DNA of 64,000 nucleotides from an uncultured Bacteroidales bacterium (GTDB taxonomy: Bacteria; Bacteroidota; Bacteroidia; Bacteroidales; UBA10428), in NCBI GenBank assembly GCA_963790105.1, contig CAWBNI010000015.1:133793-197792 (forward strand), read 5' to 3'. The notes beneath the pieces were generated by a model. The model searched no databases and was not told the origin of the DNA. It saw only the letters and a program-made list of their open reading frames with translations. Position numbers and translations under genes: made by a program. Shown here in pieces: positions 43,459-52,516 of this stretch (the first letter of the stretch is position 1; every line of letters begins with the position of its first letter).

Positions 43459-43468
43459 ACCAAAACCT

Positions 43469-44413
43469 ATGTTTGCAAATCTTTCAAATCTTTCCCAGGG
43501 AGTTAATACTGCTTTCGTAGTGATATTATCGATATGTTTCTTTTTTCTTATCGGTCTTACCATAGTATTGCTCATCTTTATCTATCGTTATAATTCAAAA
43601 AGACATCCTGTTGCCGACCAGATTGAAGGCAACAACAAGTTGGAAGTGTTGTGGACAGTGATACCCATTTTAATTGTGGTGGCCATGTTCTACTATGGCT
43701 GGATCGGTTGGACTCCCCTGTATTCCAATGCCCCGAAAAATGCAATCCCGATAAAGACAGTGGGACGAATGTGGAAATGGAGCTTTGAATATGAAAATGG
43801 CAAAAGGACCGACACCCTGTTCATTCCACAGGGCAAACCCGTTGTGCTCGACCTGGTTTCAATGGATGTGATCCACAGCTTTTATATTCCCGCCTTCAGG
43901 GTTAAAATGGATGTGATCCCCGGCAAAAAAATGAAGGTCTGGTTTATTGGCAATGCGCCCGGTAATTATGATATTTTTTGTGCCGAGTTCTGCGGTCTTC
44001 AGCATTCCGGGATGTTTACAGCCGTAAAAGTTATGCCCCGCGATCAGTATGATAAATGGTATATTGATACAACAGCAGTGGCCAGTGCAGCCGCCGCAGG
44101 AGTTGCAGCAACACCGGCCACGGCAGGAGAAAAAGTATATCGCACGATTGGCTGTATGGCTTGTCATTCTATCGATGGTTCCCAAATGACAGGACCCTCC
44201 TTTAAAGGTGTCTTTGGCCATGAAGTTACGGTCATAACCGCCGGAAAGGAAAGAACACTTACCGTGGATGAAGCTTATATTAAGCATTCCATTCTGGAGC
44301 CCAACACGGATATCGTAAAAGGATTCAAAGCCAATTTAATGCAAACCTATAAGGGCCAGCTGACCGACCAGGAAATCGCAAATATTACCGAATTTATTAA
44401 ATCGGTGAAATAG
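43469..44413 (+). CDS. ctaC: cytochrome c oxidase subunit II with fused C-terminal cytochrome c domain (caa3-type)
   Basis: I chose the start at ATG 43469 (MFANLSN). CuA site HSFYIP...CAEFCGLQHSGM. C-terminal heme-c site CMACHS. Confidence 0.9.
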   Translation: MFANLSNLSQGVNTAFVVILSICFFFLIGLTIVLLIFIYRYNSKRHPVADQIEGNNKLEVLWTVIPILIVVAMFYYGWIGWTPLYSNAPKNAIPIKTVGRMWKWSFEYENGKRTDTLFIPQGKPVVLDLVSMDVIHSFYIPAFRVKMDVIPGKKMKVWFIGNAPGNYDIFCAEFCGLQHSGMFTAVKVMPRDQYDKWYIDTTAVASAAAAGVAATPATAGEKVYRTIGCMACHSIDGSQMTGPSFKGVFGHEVTVITAGKERTLTVDEAYIKHSILEPNTDIVKGFKANLMQTYKGQLTDQEIANITEFIKSVK

Positions 44414-44428
44414 AAAATTGAGACTATC

Positions 44429-44459
44429 CCGTCGGGGTGGTCGTCGACCACCCCGACGG
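44429..44459. terminator. 15-bp perfect-stem hairpin between convergent coxII and GH genes (terminator candidate)
   Basis: CCGTCGGGGTGGTCG-T-CGACCACCCCGACGG. The nearest T-run on the plus strand is about 10 nt downstream, so it is not a textbook intrinsic terminator. Confidence 0.5.
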
Positions 44460-44473
44460 AATATCTCCATTTT

Positions 44474-45547
44474 TTATTTCCCGGTCAGTTTTTTAATCAG
44501 GTCCACCTCTTCCTGTTTATAGGGTGTACCGTCTTTGCGGAAGATTTCATGAAACCATAATTTCGGTTCCGAGCCATCGGGCATGGGAGTATCCCAGGCA
44601 TACATTGTATTTGTTTTTCCGGCTACCAGCCCCCAGTTTATGGCTCCGATATTCTCTGCTTTGAGCATGGGCATGATATTTTCGAACCGGCTGTTGTTCC
44701 TGCGGGCCATATACTCTGAACAAATAAGCGGTCGCCGGTAAAGCCTCAGGCTGTCAATGGCCTTGCGATGCAGGGTGTCATTATTGTAATTGTGATAGGT
44801 GATCACATCAGAGTTTTCGAGCTGGAACTTGTTCAGATCGGAAAGCTTTGCATCCCATACAGCCGATGAAAGCGGCTGTGACGGGTTGATCTCACGACCC
44901 CAGGTAAATATCTTTTTAAGAAGCGGCATCGATTGGTTGCCATATCCGGAATTGCCCGGCTCATTATACAAATCCCACAAAAGGATTCGCTTGTCCTGTG
45001 CAAACTGTTGCAGCACGTCTTTTACATACGTTTCCAATTCAACCACAAGGGCAGTATCCTTATAGATCAGGTCACCCGGATCACGCACCCATCCGGAATT
45101 ATGAACACCCGGTTTGGGATCAGGCTGTTTACCGGCATTGTATGTCGGATTCCAGCAATCGTCAAAAAATACAAATATGGTCTTTATTCCATGCCTGTTT
45201 GCGATGGACAGATACTGATCCATCCGGTTTTTAAAACCAGCAGGATCCACTTCCCAGGCAAGGTGATGAAGGTAAACCCGCATTGTATTCATCCCGATTG
45301 ACTCTGCCCAGCCCAACTCACGGTTGATTGTTGCTGTATCAAAAGTTTCGGCCTGCCACATTTCAAGCTGGTTAATAGCCGTACTGGGAATAAAATTACA
45401 GCCGCGGGGCCAACCCTGCTGCTGATACCAGGCATTTGCCTGCTCAATTGTCCATACTTCACGCGCCTTAACAACCGGCTGCTTTTTGCATTGTGAAATC
45501 ATCAGTGCACTGATGACCAAAAGGAAAATGATCTTCTTCGTTTTCAT
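44474..45547 (-). CDS. clan GH-A (GH5-like) glycoside hydrolase lipoprotein
   Basis: 357 aa. Lipobox ISQC. (beta/alpha)8 pattern with acid/base LWDLYNEPGN and a later ICSEYM candidate nucleophile. The subfamily cannot be assigned by eye. Confidence 0.55.
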   Translation of the reverse strand: MKTKKIIFLLVISALMISQCKKQPVVKAREVWTIEQANAWYQQQGWPRGCNFIPSTAINQLEMWQAETFDTATINRELGWAESIGMNTMRVYLHHLAWEVDPAGFKNRMDQYLSIANRHGIKTIFVFFDDCWNPTYNAGKQPDPKPGVHNSGWVRDPGDLIYKDTALVVELETYVKDVLQQFAQDKRILLWDLYNEPGNSGYGNQSMPLLKKIFTWGREINPSQPLSSAVWDAKLSDLNKFQLENSDVITYHNYNNDTLHRKAIDSLRLYRRPLICSEYMARRNNSRFENIMPMLKAENIGAINWGLVAGKTNTMYAWDTPMPDGSEPKLWFHEIFRKDGTPYKQEEVDLIKKLTGK

Positions 45548-45587
45548 GTGTTGCCTTAAATTGAATGCGTTTTATTTAAATTCATCT

Positions 45588-46656
45588 TCATTTTGACTGA
45601 ATAACCGGGACTTTCTGTTTGATCATTGATGGCTCAGAGTATTCGATCATGGGCCATCCTTCATACCATGTGAGCCTGTCGAGCATTAAAGGTCTCCGGG
45701 TGGCACCATTCCCTAAATTGGGATATTTTTTCTCAATTGCATGATATAAAAACCAAAAATCTCCTTTGTCATCCTGAAATATTTCTCCATTGTGTCCGGG
45801 TCCGGCAAAACCATCCAGGTTCCCGTTTCCCTTGATAAGCAATTTTCCGGGTTCTCCACCGGTCTCCAGCAGGGAATGTGAGGAGGGATCGGTATATGGA
45901 CCTTGTATACTCTCTGCTTCTTCCTACCCGAACATGGTAGGTACTATTTATTCCGTCACAACAGGATCCGCAGGATCCGAAATAATAATAATACCCGTCC
46001 TTATAGTAGATATAACTGCCTTCATACTGATTCCCAGCTATCTGGAATTTTTCGCCCGAAAAGGCGAAAGCTCCGTTAACTACAGCAATTCCTGGCCATA
46101 GATTCCGCGGAAACTGCCCCAAAATATGTAAAGCTTGCCGGATACCGGATCCTGAAAGAAGCAAGGATCAATGGAATTACTTACACCGACTTCGGAACTA
46201 AGGAAAAATTTTCCGAGATCGGTAAATGGACCCTCGGGCTTATCACTCCTGGCCAGACCGATCCCCGGATTTGAATCGCCCCATATGGAAAGTGAATAAA
46301 ACATAAAGTACCTGTCCATCATACCTGAAAACGTTGGGGCCCATAGCCCGCCTTGTTTCCATGCAGGCTTTTTCTCGAAAGCATCGCCAGATAGGTCCAT
46401 TTGACAAGGTCTTTCGATCTGATCACGGCCACCAGGTGGTCCTTGCCTTCCCAGTAATCTTCGGTGCCAAAGGCATAATAGTATCCATCATCTGCCTTCA
46501 CAATGGTTGGATCGGCAAATGTTGGTTCGAATACTGGATTTGTATAATACGTCAGGGTATCTTCAACCGGTTTCCCTGTATTGGAGGGTTTCTCACAACC
46601 CAGGGAAATGTCATCACTGTCAGCAGTATGAGCATAATATTTCGAATTTTATGCAT
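45588..46656 (-). pseudogene. GH43-family glycoside hydrolase lipoprotein, four or more frameshifts
   Basis: Fragments are 46552.. (signal peptide), 46319..46501, 46080..46400, 45769..46164 and 45588..45842. The conceptual repair reads ...SLGCEKPSNTGKPVEDTLTYYTNPVFEPTFADPTIVKADDGYYYAFGTE... One shift maps to CC at 46387-46388 (CCC restores WTYLGDAFEKKPAW). Confidence 0.8.
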
Positions 46657-46711
46657 ATCAGAAATTTTAGAATGACGGTTGTCAAAAATATTCCGTGAAT
46701 TCGGATTACTT

Positions 46712-48709
46712 CTATTCAACCGGAACAATAGTACCTTCAAGCCAGTAAATTCCTCCGCTTCCGTTCGGAAAATTCCTGCATGAAATGGCTATGATCGTAG
46801 TGCTGTCTTTAAGAAACAGGGAATTATCCACAGCACTTTCGTTTACCGGGAGCACACCCCAGGGAGTGGAAAGATTGGAGAAATTCTTCGCATTATTATC
46901 ACCGATCAGTACCTGCATGTAATTATTCTGATGCCAGTCCCCTCCCTTATATATATGTGCGGAGAGAACCGTCTCACCTGATGGCAACTGAACCAGGTAG
47001 GGTGCTCCGCCATGGCCTGAGAAATTACCAACAAGCCAGCGGTAAGGACCGTTTTCAAAGTTAGAGGTTGCCAGGATCCAGGGACCAGCCAGGTCTCTTT
47101 TGACAAGATAGGGTGAGCGATTGGCATTTACCGTTTCGATGGCAAAAACTACACCTCTGTTTCCCTGCAGCAGGAGGGGAACTGGCATGCCATCCCTCTT
47201 GCCGGGATAATACGCAACCGTCTGTGGAAAAGACCAGGTTTGCCCGTTGTCGGTTGAATGAATCATGTGGATCTCCTGCTCGGTATATATTCCGTCAGTA
47301 GCTGGCCACCAGTCTGCTTCACTGGAGTAAAACAATTCAACCTCCCCATGTGGAAGCTGCACCATGGAAGGTTCCCACGATCTTCCAGTCTGTATCAGTG
47401 CAGGACCTTCCCAGGTTTCACCGCGATCCTTGCTTGTCAGAATGTGGATATAGCAATTTTCATTTGTCTCGGGTTTTCCGTTGGCAGTATATGCCAAAAG
47501 TATCCATCCATTGGCAAGTTGAATCAGTTCAGGATTGCAAAAACGCCAATAAGTTGAGTATTGTGTTATATCTGCCATGATCTTCTGATCCTGCCAGGTT
47601 ACACCATTATCATAGCTTTTTCTCATATAAACATTCAACCAGTCCTGGTTATTTGATCCTCCATGATATACAAGCAATAAGGTATCCGAATGGCCTACCC
47701 GTTTAACGCGACCATAATCAGCATAGAACCCGGGTTGTGATATTTTCTTTGCTGTTGCATATGGCTTCCATGAAATCTTATGAGCAACCTTCATGGTTGA
47801 TGTATCGATTACTTCTTTGCTGTAATCGGAATAGGTTGTAAAATGAACGGATACCCCCAGATGATAGGTATTGTATTTCCTGAAATAGGGAACGGCATAG
47901 TACGAAGTCCCCGCCTTCAGGTGAGAAAGAATTGATTTCCAGTTTTTCCCCTCAGGAATGCCCGGCTGAGTCAGCGAATTGGTATCCGGCATCTCCGTAT
48001 TGTAAAAAATACCGTGTGTAACAGAAGCCGTATCCCCAATTATCCAGTAGTTAACTGCTGCAGTGGAATCAGTCACATTTATGCGATTGATGGCTCCTAT
48101 TTTATAGGTTGTGAAATCCAGTACATTCCCCATCAACAGTTTTCCGCCCAGGAGTTTTTCATAAACACGTACATAATATTTTTTCCCGGGAACCAGGTTT
48201 CCGAGTACTAAACTGAATGTTGTTTGTTCCTTGGGATCCGAAATACGAAAGGAATTGCTGTCGGGTACTGCCTTTGTATCAATCAATACCCCTTTTTCAA
48301 TTACAGTAACAGCTGATGTGTCAGCCTGGCAGAAAACAATCGCCCGGGTATCGGTAAGGCTATCAATTTTCAATGTACGGATATTCAATACCTTCAGGAC
48401 AGTTATGCCCGAATAAACCGGATCACAGGATCCGGAAGTTATTTTTGCCCTGTACATGGCATTTGTATCGGCAGTAACCCGTAGATTCTTGGTGACTGCC
48501 AGGGGTACCTCTGTCCAGGTATCGTTTTCGGCAAAAACCTGCCACTGGATAAGGCCGTGGTTAGCCGAAGTCCATGACAGGATAAACCTCATATCCTCAC
48601 CCCTCGCCACAACATAGCGAGCAGTATCCACGATTTCCTGTGCCTTACTACTACTGGCAAACAGAATCAAACCAATAACAAGTCCCCTGAAAAGCCTGGT
48701 GTTTCTCAT
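46712..48709 (-). CDS. BNR/Asp-box repeat sialidase-fold protein with N-terminal Ig/Fn3-like domains
   Basis: 665 aa, with a signal peptide. Three Asp-boxes in the C-terminal half: SYDNGVTW, SKDRGETW and STDNGQTW. Confidence 0.75.
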   Translation of the reverse strand: MRNTRLFRGLVIGLILFASSSKAQEIVDTARYVVARGEDMRFILSWTSANHGLIQWQVFAENDTWTEVPLAVTKNLRVTADTNAMYRAKITSGSCDPVYSGITVLKVLNIRTLKIDSLTDTRAIVFCQADTSAVTVIEKGVLIDTKAVPDSNSFRISDPKEQTTFSLVLGNLVPGKKYYVRVYEKLLGGKLLMGNVLDFTTYKIGAINRINVTDSTAAVNYWIIGDTASVTHGIFYNTEMPDTNSLTQPGIPEGKNWKSILSHLKAGTSYYAVPYFRKYNTYHLGVSVHFTTYSDYSKEVIDTSTMKVAHKISWKPYATAKKISQPGFYADYGRVKRVGHSDTLLLVYHGGSNNQDWLNVYMRKSYDNGVTWQDQKIMADITQYSTYWRFCNPELIQLANGWILLAYTANGKPETNENCYIHILTSKDRGETWEGPALIQTGRSWEPSMVQLPHGEVELFYSSEADWWPATDGIYTEQEIHMIHSTDNGQTWSFPQTVAYYPGKRDGMPVPLLLQGNRGVVFAIETVNANRSPYLVKRDLAGPWILATSNFENGPYRWLVGNFSGHGGAPYLVQLPSGETVLSAHIYKGGDWHQNNYMQVLIGDNNAKNFSNLSTPWGVLPVNESAVDNSLFLKDSTTIIAISCRNFPNGSGGIYWLEGTIVPVE

Positions 48710-48722
48710 GCCTGCCTTGTTT

Positions 48723-49337
48723 TTACTGTATTAATATTGATCTTATCAAACTGTTCCCGATACACGTCAACTTAACATAATAAACTCCCCTGTCAAAACC
48801 TGTAAGATCAATCTTCCCAGTAAAATCGGAATGACCTGGTTTAATTTCCTGTTTGAATACAATCCTGCCCTCTGCAGATACAACCTCCAGATTAACAGGA
48901 TTTAAATGGTTTTCCAATTTGAAATAAAATATTCCGTTCGAGGGATTTGGAAATAAAGAAAAACCGGAAACCCAATTCGCATTTTCAATAACGGTTACCT
49001 GTGAAATTAATAACGAATCTCGGGCTGTGCAGTGCTTTTCATCTGTCACTATTAAATAATAGACGCCAGGATCCGAAATAGTAAGGGTTGGTGTGGAATA
49101 TTCATTTCCACCTTCATCCTTCCAGGCATAAAGATATTCAGGCGTCCCCCCTGTTATGGAGGCATCTGTTCCCACGATAATGGTCTGTCCCGCTGAAATA
49201 CTCTGGTTTTCACCAGCATCCGCAATCAATTCCTTTGGCTGGGAAAAGGGTACTCTGATTATAGTTTCCTGTGATCTCAACACAGTAAAAAATAGCAGGA
49301 AAAGCAAGACCAGGCCAAAGCGGGGTTCTTTAATCAT
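48723..49337 (-). CDS. small secreted protein with Ig-like domain and T9SS type A C-terminal sorting domain
   Basis: I chose the start at MIKEPRFGLVLL (the ORF-track start at 49373 would overlap a hairpin). The C-terminal 80 aa, LFPNPSNGIFYF...GVYYVKL...ILIQ, are typical of the T9SS CTD. Confidence 0.65.
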   Translation of the reverse strand: MIKEPRFGLVLLFLLFFTVLRSQETIIRVPFSQPKELIADAGENQSISAGQTIIVGTDASITGGTPEYLYAWKDEGGNEYSTPTLTISDPGVYYLIVTDEKHCTARDSLLISQVTVIENANWVSGFSLFPNPSNGIFYFKLENHLNPVNLEVVSAEGRIVFKQEIKPGHSDFTGKIDLTGFDRGVYYVKLTCIGNSLIRSILIQ

Positions 49338-49358
49338 AATGCGAAAATATTTAAATTC

Positions 49359-49395
49359 ATAAACAAAAACCAAGCGTAGTCTGGAGACTACGCTT
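49359..49395 (-). terminator. intrinsic terminator candidate after the FG-GAP gene
   Basis: On the minus strand: AAGCGUAGUC-UCCA-GACUACGCUU (49372-49395) followed by GGUUUUUGUUUAU. Confidence 0.5.
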
Positions 49396-49435
49396 AGCTC
49401 TGGTATCAGTTAAGCGTAGTTTGCAACTACGCTTG
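49372..49435. repeat. twin near-identical palindromic hairpins (AAGCGTAGTY-N4-RACTACGCTT) 40 bp apart
   Basis: Copy 1 is 49372-49395 (loop TGGA). Copy 2 is 49412-49435 (loop TGCA). The 10-bp arms differ at one position. Confidence 0.85.
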
Positions 49436-49446
49436 ATTAATCCTGC

Positions 49447-51375
49447 CTATTCCACAACTATCTTCCTGACTTCCTGCTGTGTTCCAACCATAACTTTAAC
49501 AATGTATACGCCGGTGCCCAATGACAGGGAATAATCACCGCGAATACTCCGGCTGTCCAGAGCCTGGCCGACCATATTCATCACTGTAACCCTTCCTTCT
49601 GAAGCGGTTTTCAGGTTTACATAAAGGGTGTTGTTCTGTGAATAGATTTTTGCAAGGGCTTCTGAAGGAATTTTACCTGTTGAGGAGGGTACACCAACTG
49701 AAAAAGCACCTGTGGCGAAGGTGGAACCGGCATAGGAGGCATCAATTGCCTGAACTCCCCATGTATAGTCACCGTCAGCGAGGTTATACATAGCGAGCGA
49801 CTTGTTAAGGTTTGCATTTCCCATCTGCAACAGTTTGCGCAGACCATCATTATCACCACCCACAAAAGATGCAGGGGCAATCAGGTAATTTCCTTCGGCG
49901 TCCTTTACGAATACTTCATATGATAATGCCTCAGAAGGGGTCATATCATCGGCGGGAGCAGTCCAGCTAAGAGTAACGCTCTTATCTACCACCTGCTGAT
50001 CAAGTCCGGCTGGTGCAGCTGGTGCTGAATTTGGATTACTGGTATTTTCGTTAAAATAAACCACCGCACTTCTTCCCTGGTCATCACCGGTTACCCACAT
50101 GGCATCCCAGGTGTGTCCCGAAGCAAAATAATCAAGAAATCCATCATCATTCCAGTCGTTAAAAAGTATTACAGTTTCCGAACCACCCGGCACACGACCA
50201 ACTTCAGCAAAGGTCCCGGTTCCGGTACCGGTATATAGATAGCCAGCCTGTGTATTTGTACCCACTTCGTTCACAATTGGATTCCATCCGATAGGATCAG
50301 GTCATAAGTGGCCGTCATAATTCCAGTCAATAGTCGCTGTTGCTTTTCCAGTACTGTTTAAGGGTCTGAGGTCAGGTTGGAAAGCTGCCTGGGGTTGATC
50401 AACAAATGTATTATTCCCCTGGTTCAGGTATACATGGGAAACACACATCCATATATCCTGGCCTGCGCCGGGTTCATCAGTTCCTGCACCACCTTCGCCA
50501 TGAAGGGCAAAATCGAGCCAGCCATCTTCATCAAAGTCGGCAAAGTCAACGCCTCCGTTACCTTTCATTTTCACACCATTATCACCAATATTGGCACGGT
50601 AAAAGGTACCGGGTTCCTCATCATTATTCAGAAAGAAGTCAGCAAATACACGGGCACTATGTTCAAATGATCCTGCATTGTCCCAGTTTGCAGTAACAAA
50701 AATATCCTGTAACCCGTCATTATTAATATCCACTACCCGGGCATAGCCCAAACCGAATGAGAATTCGCCGAAAGTGGAATTATCTGCTTCAAATGTATTG
50801 TCTCCATTGTTTATATAGACGGCAGACCCAAGCGAATCATGGCTCAGGCAAAAATAATCGAAATGGCCGTCACGGTTAAAATCACCAAATACGCCTGCCA
50901 TCGTTGCTGTATCAAAGGGAAAATCCTGTTTTTCAAAATTGCCGTCACCGAGGTTCTTATAAATACCTCCGTGGTAATTTCCAAAGCTGTGTTCCCCGAT
51001 AATTACATCCAACAGGCCATCTCCGTCATAGTCATACCAGTCCATATTGGGTCTGTCTGCTACCCTGAGATTTGTTGGAACTACATCGTAGCCCGTGGTT
51101 TCAGTATTATACATATATACCCTGATCCATCTTTCGGATGAATCAGCCTTGCCATCCTGGTTGGCATCAACCGGATTTCCAAGCTCATCAAGAACTGGCT
51201 GAATCGGATTGTTTTTTTGACCGGCAATAATAAAATCGAGATTTCCGTCATTGTTAAGGTCAACGGAAGTCCCGCCTCCCCAGGCCTGTCCAAGTTCTTT
51301 ATGGACTTCAAAGGATTGTGAAAATGCCCCTGCACATAATAGTGCAAGCGCGAAAGTGTAGAGTTTTCTTTTCAT
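49447..51375 (-). pseudogene. FG-GAP/VCBS-repeat beta-propeller protein with Fn3-like domain and T9SS type A C-terminal sorting domain, one frameshift near 50280-50300
   Basis: Fragments are 50302..51375 (repeated DxNxDGxxD FG-GAP calcium motifs: DLNNDGNLDF, DYDGDGLLDV, DFNRDGHFDY, DINNDGLQDI, DFDEDGWLDF) and 49447..50274 (one more FG-GAP unit, an Fn3-like region, and the CTD ...GVYIVKVMVGTQQEVRKIVVE). Confidence 0.75.
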
Positions 51376-51444
51376 AGGTGTAGATTTTAATTTAAATAGT
51401 TAAGAGACTGATCGTTAGTATTAAGTTTCTTTCAGACTTAGGAT

Positions 51445-52476
51445 TTAATTGAATCTTGGATAGTTATATCCTATGGTAGCTTCGATCGGCTGTGCAGGCC
51501 AGCCGTTGTCATCATAGGTAATGCGGTTAAGCATCAGGACAAATCGTGCATCCCCGGTTGGCAGGGTTGGTATAGAGGACTCTATGGCTGTATATAATAT
51601 CCAGTCGTTTTCCTGGGCATCTGTCTGAATACCTGCGCATTGCCCTAACTCCTGGAAATCTTCCGAGCCGGTTACAAGCGGCGTGCCGGTTCCATTAACC
51701 AGGTCAGTGCCTGAATTATCAAGATAGGGTCCCTCAATGTTGCTGGCTACTCCCAAAACAATCTGTCCTGAATGTGTGCCAACATACTGGAAGCGGGTGC
51801 CTCTTTTTCTTACGTAGGAGCCTGAAAAATCAGGCCCGGCAATTTTGAACTTTTCTCCATCCAGCTGGGGCAGGGTATTTTTCTTCACACTCAGTTTTAC
51901 ACCGTACACACCATCGCCTGAAACAGTAAAAAAGAGGTAGAAATTGCTGCCGGAGGCATATACAAAAGGATCCTGTATGTCGCTGACGCCGAGCGCTTCC
52001 TTGTCAGTATATTTCCCGTAATCCCTGTAGGGGCCCTGCGGAGTTTTTGCATCACCAACTCCCAACCCGGCATCTCCCAGCTTATAGAACAGGTAATACA
52101 TACCAAGTGATTTTGAAAAAAGCCCGGTAACGGAGGTGACATTGCCTTCTGCCCATCCCGGTTTTTCAAGAAATGCCTGAGCCTGTGAGATCAGTGACCA
52201 GTCCATCAGATTGGCAGATGTGAGGGTGGGTACTACATACTGGATTCCCTCAGCCCATGGCTTTTCTGTTCCCATGGCATAATATGGACCGGAACTCAGA
52301 AAGGCACTGGCTTCTGTAAGATCAAAGTTCCACACCGGGTTATAGTAAGCGGAATCTTCAGGAACCGTGCTTCCCTTATATATGATTGTATCGATACCAT
52401 CTCCCTGAACATCGGTACAGGAATAGAAACCAAAAGCGATCCCTGTAATTATCAAAACGAGGATGCTTTTTTTCAT
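51445..52476 (-). CDS. GH43-like five-bladed-propeller lipoprotein (possibly non-catalytic)
   Basis: 343 aa. Lipobox FYSC. By eye it aligns with the GH43 at 45588-46656 (YYNPVW...GPYYAMGTE..W.EG...NLMDWS; DIQDPFVY versus NSIDPCFF). The ADP general-base motif position reads LTE. Confidence 0.5.
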   Translation of the reverse strand: MKKSILVLIITGIAFGFYSCTDVQGDGIDTIIYKGSTVPEDSAYYNPVWNFDLTEASAFLSSGPYYAMGTEKPWAEGIQYVVPTLTSANLMDWSLISQAQAFLEKPGWAEGNVTSVTGLFSKSLGMYYLFYKLGDAGLGVGDAKTPQGPYRDYGKYTDKEALGVSDIQDPFVYASGSNFYLFFTVSGDGVYGVKLSVKKNTLPQLDGEKFKIAGPDFSGSYVRKRGTRFQYVGTHSGQIVLGVASNIEGPYLDNSGTDLVNGTGTPLVTGSEDFQELGQCAGIQTDAQENDWILYTAIESSIPTLPTGDARFVLMLNRITYDDNGWPAQPIEATIGYNYPRFN

Positions 52477-52516
52477 TTTGTTTTTTATTTAACTTCCTGG
52501 AAAAAATCATTGGATC

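Noticed and set aside
43424-43468. Extended coxII start overlapping coxIV (the ORF-track start at 43424)
   Set aside because: The extension (MSVLLWIIVSDKPKP) overlaps the end of subunit IV. The ATG at 43469 precedes a normal subunit II N-terminus, so the shorter model was preferred.
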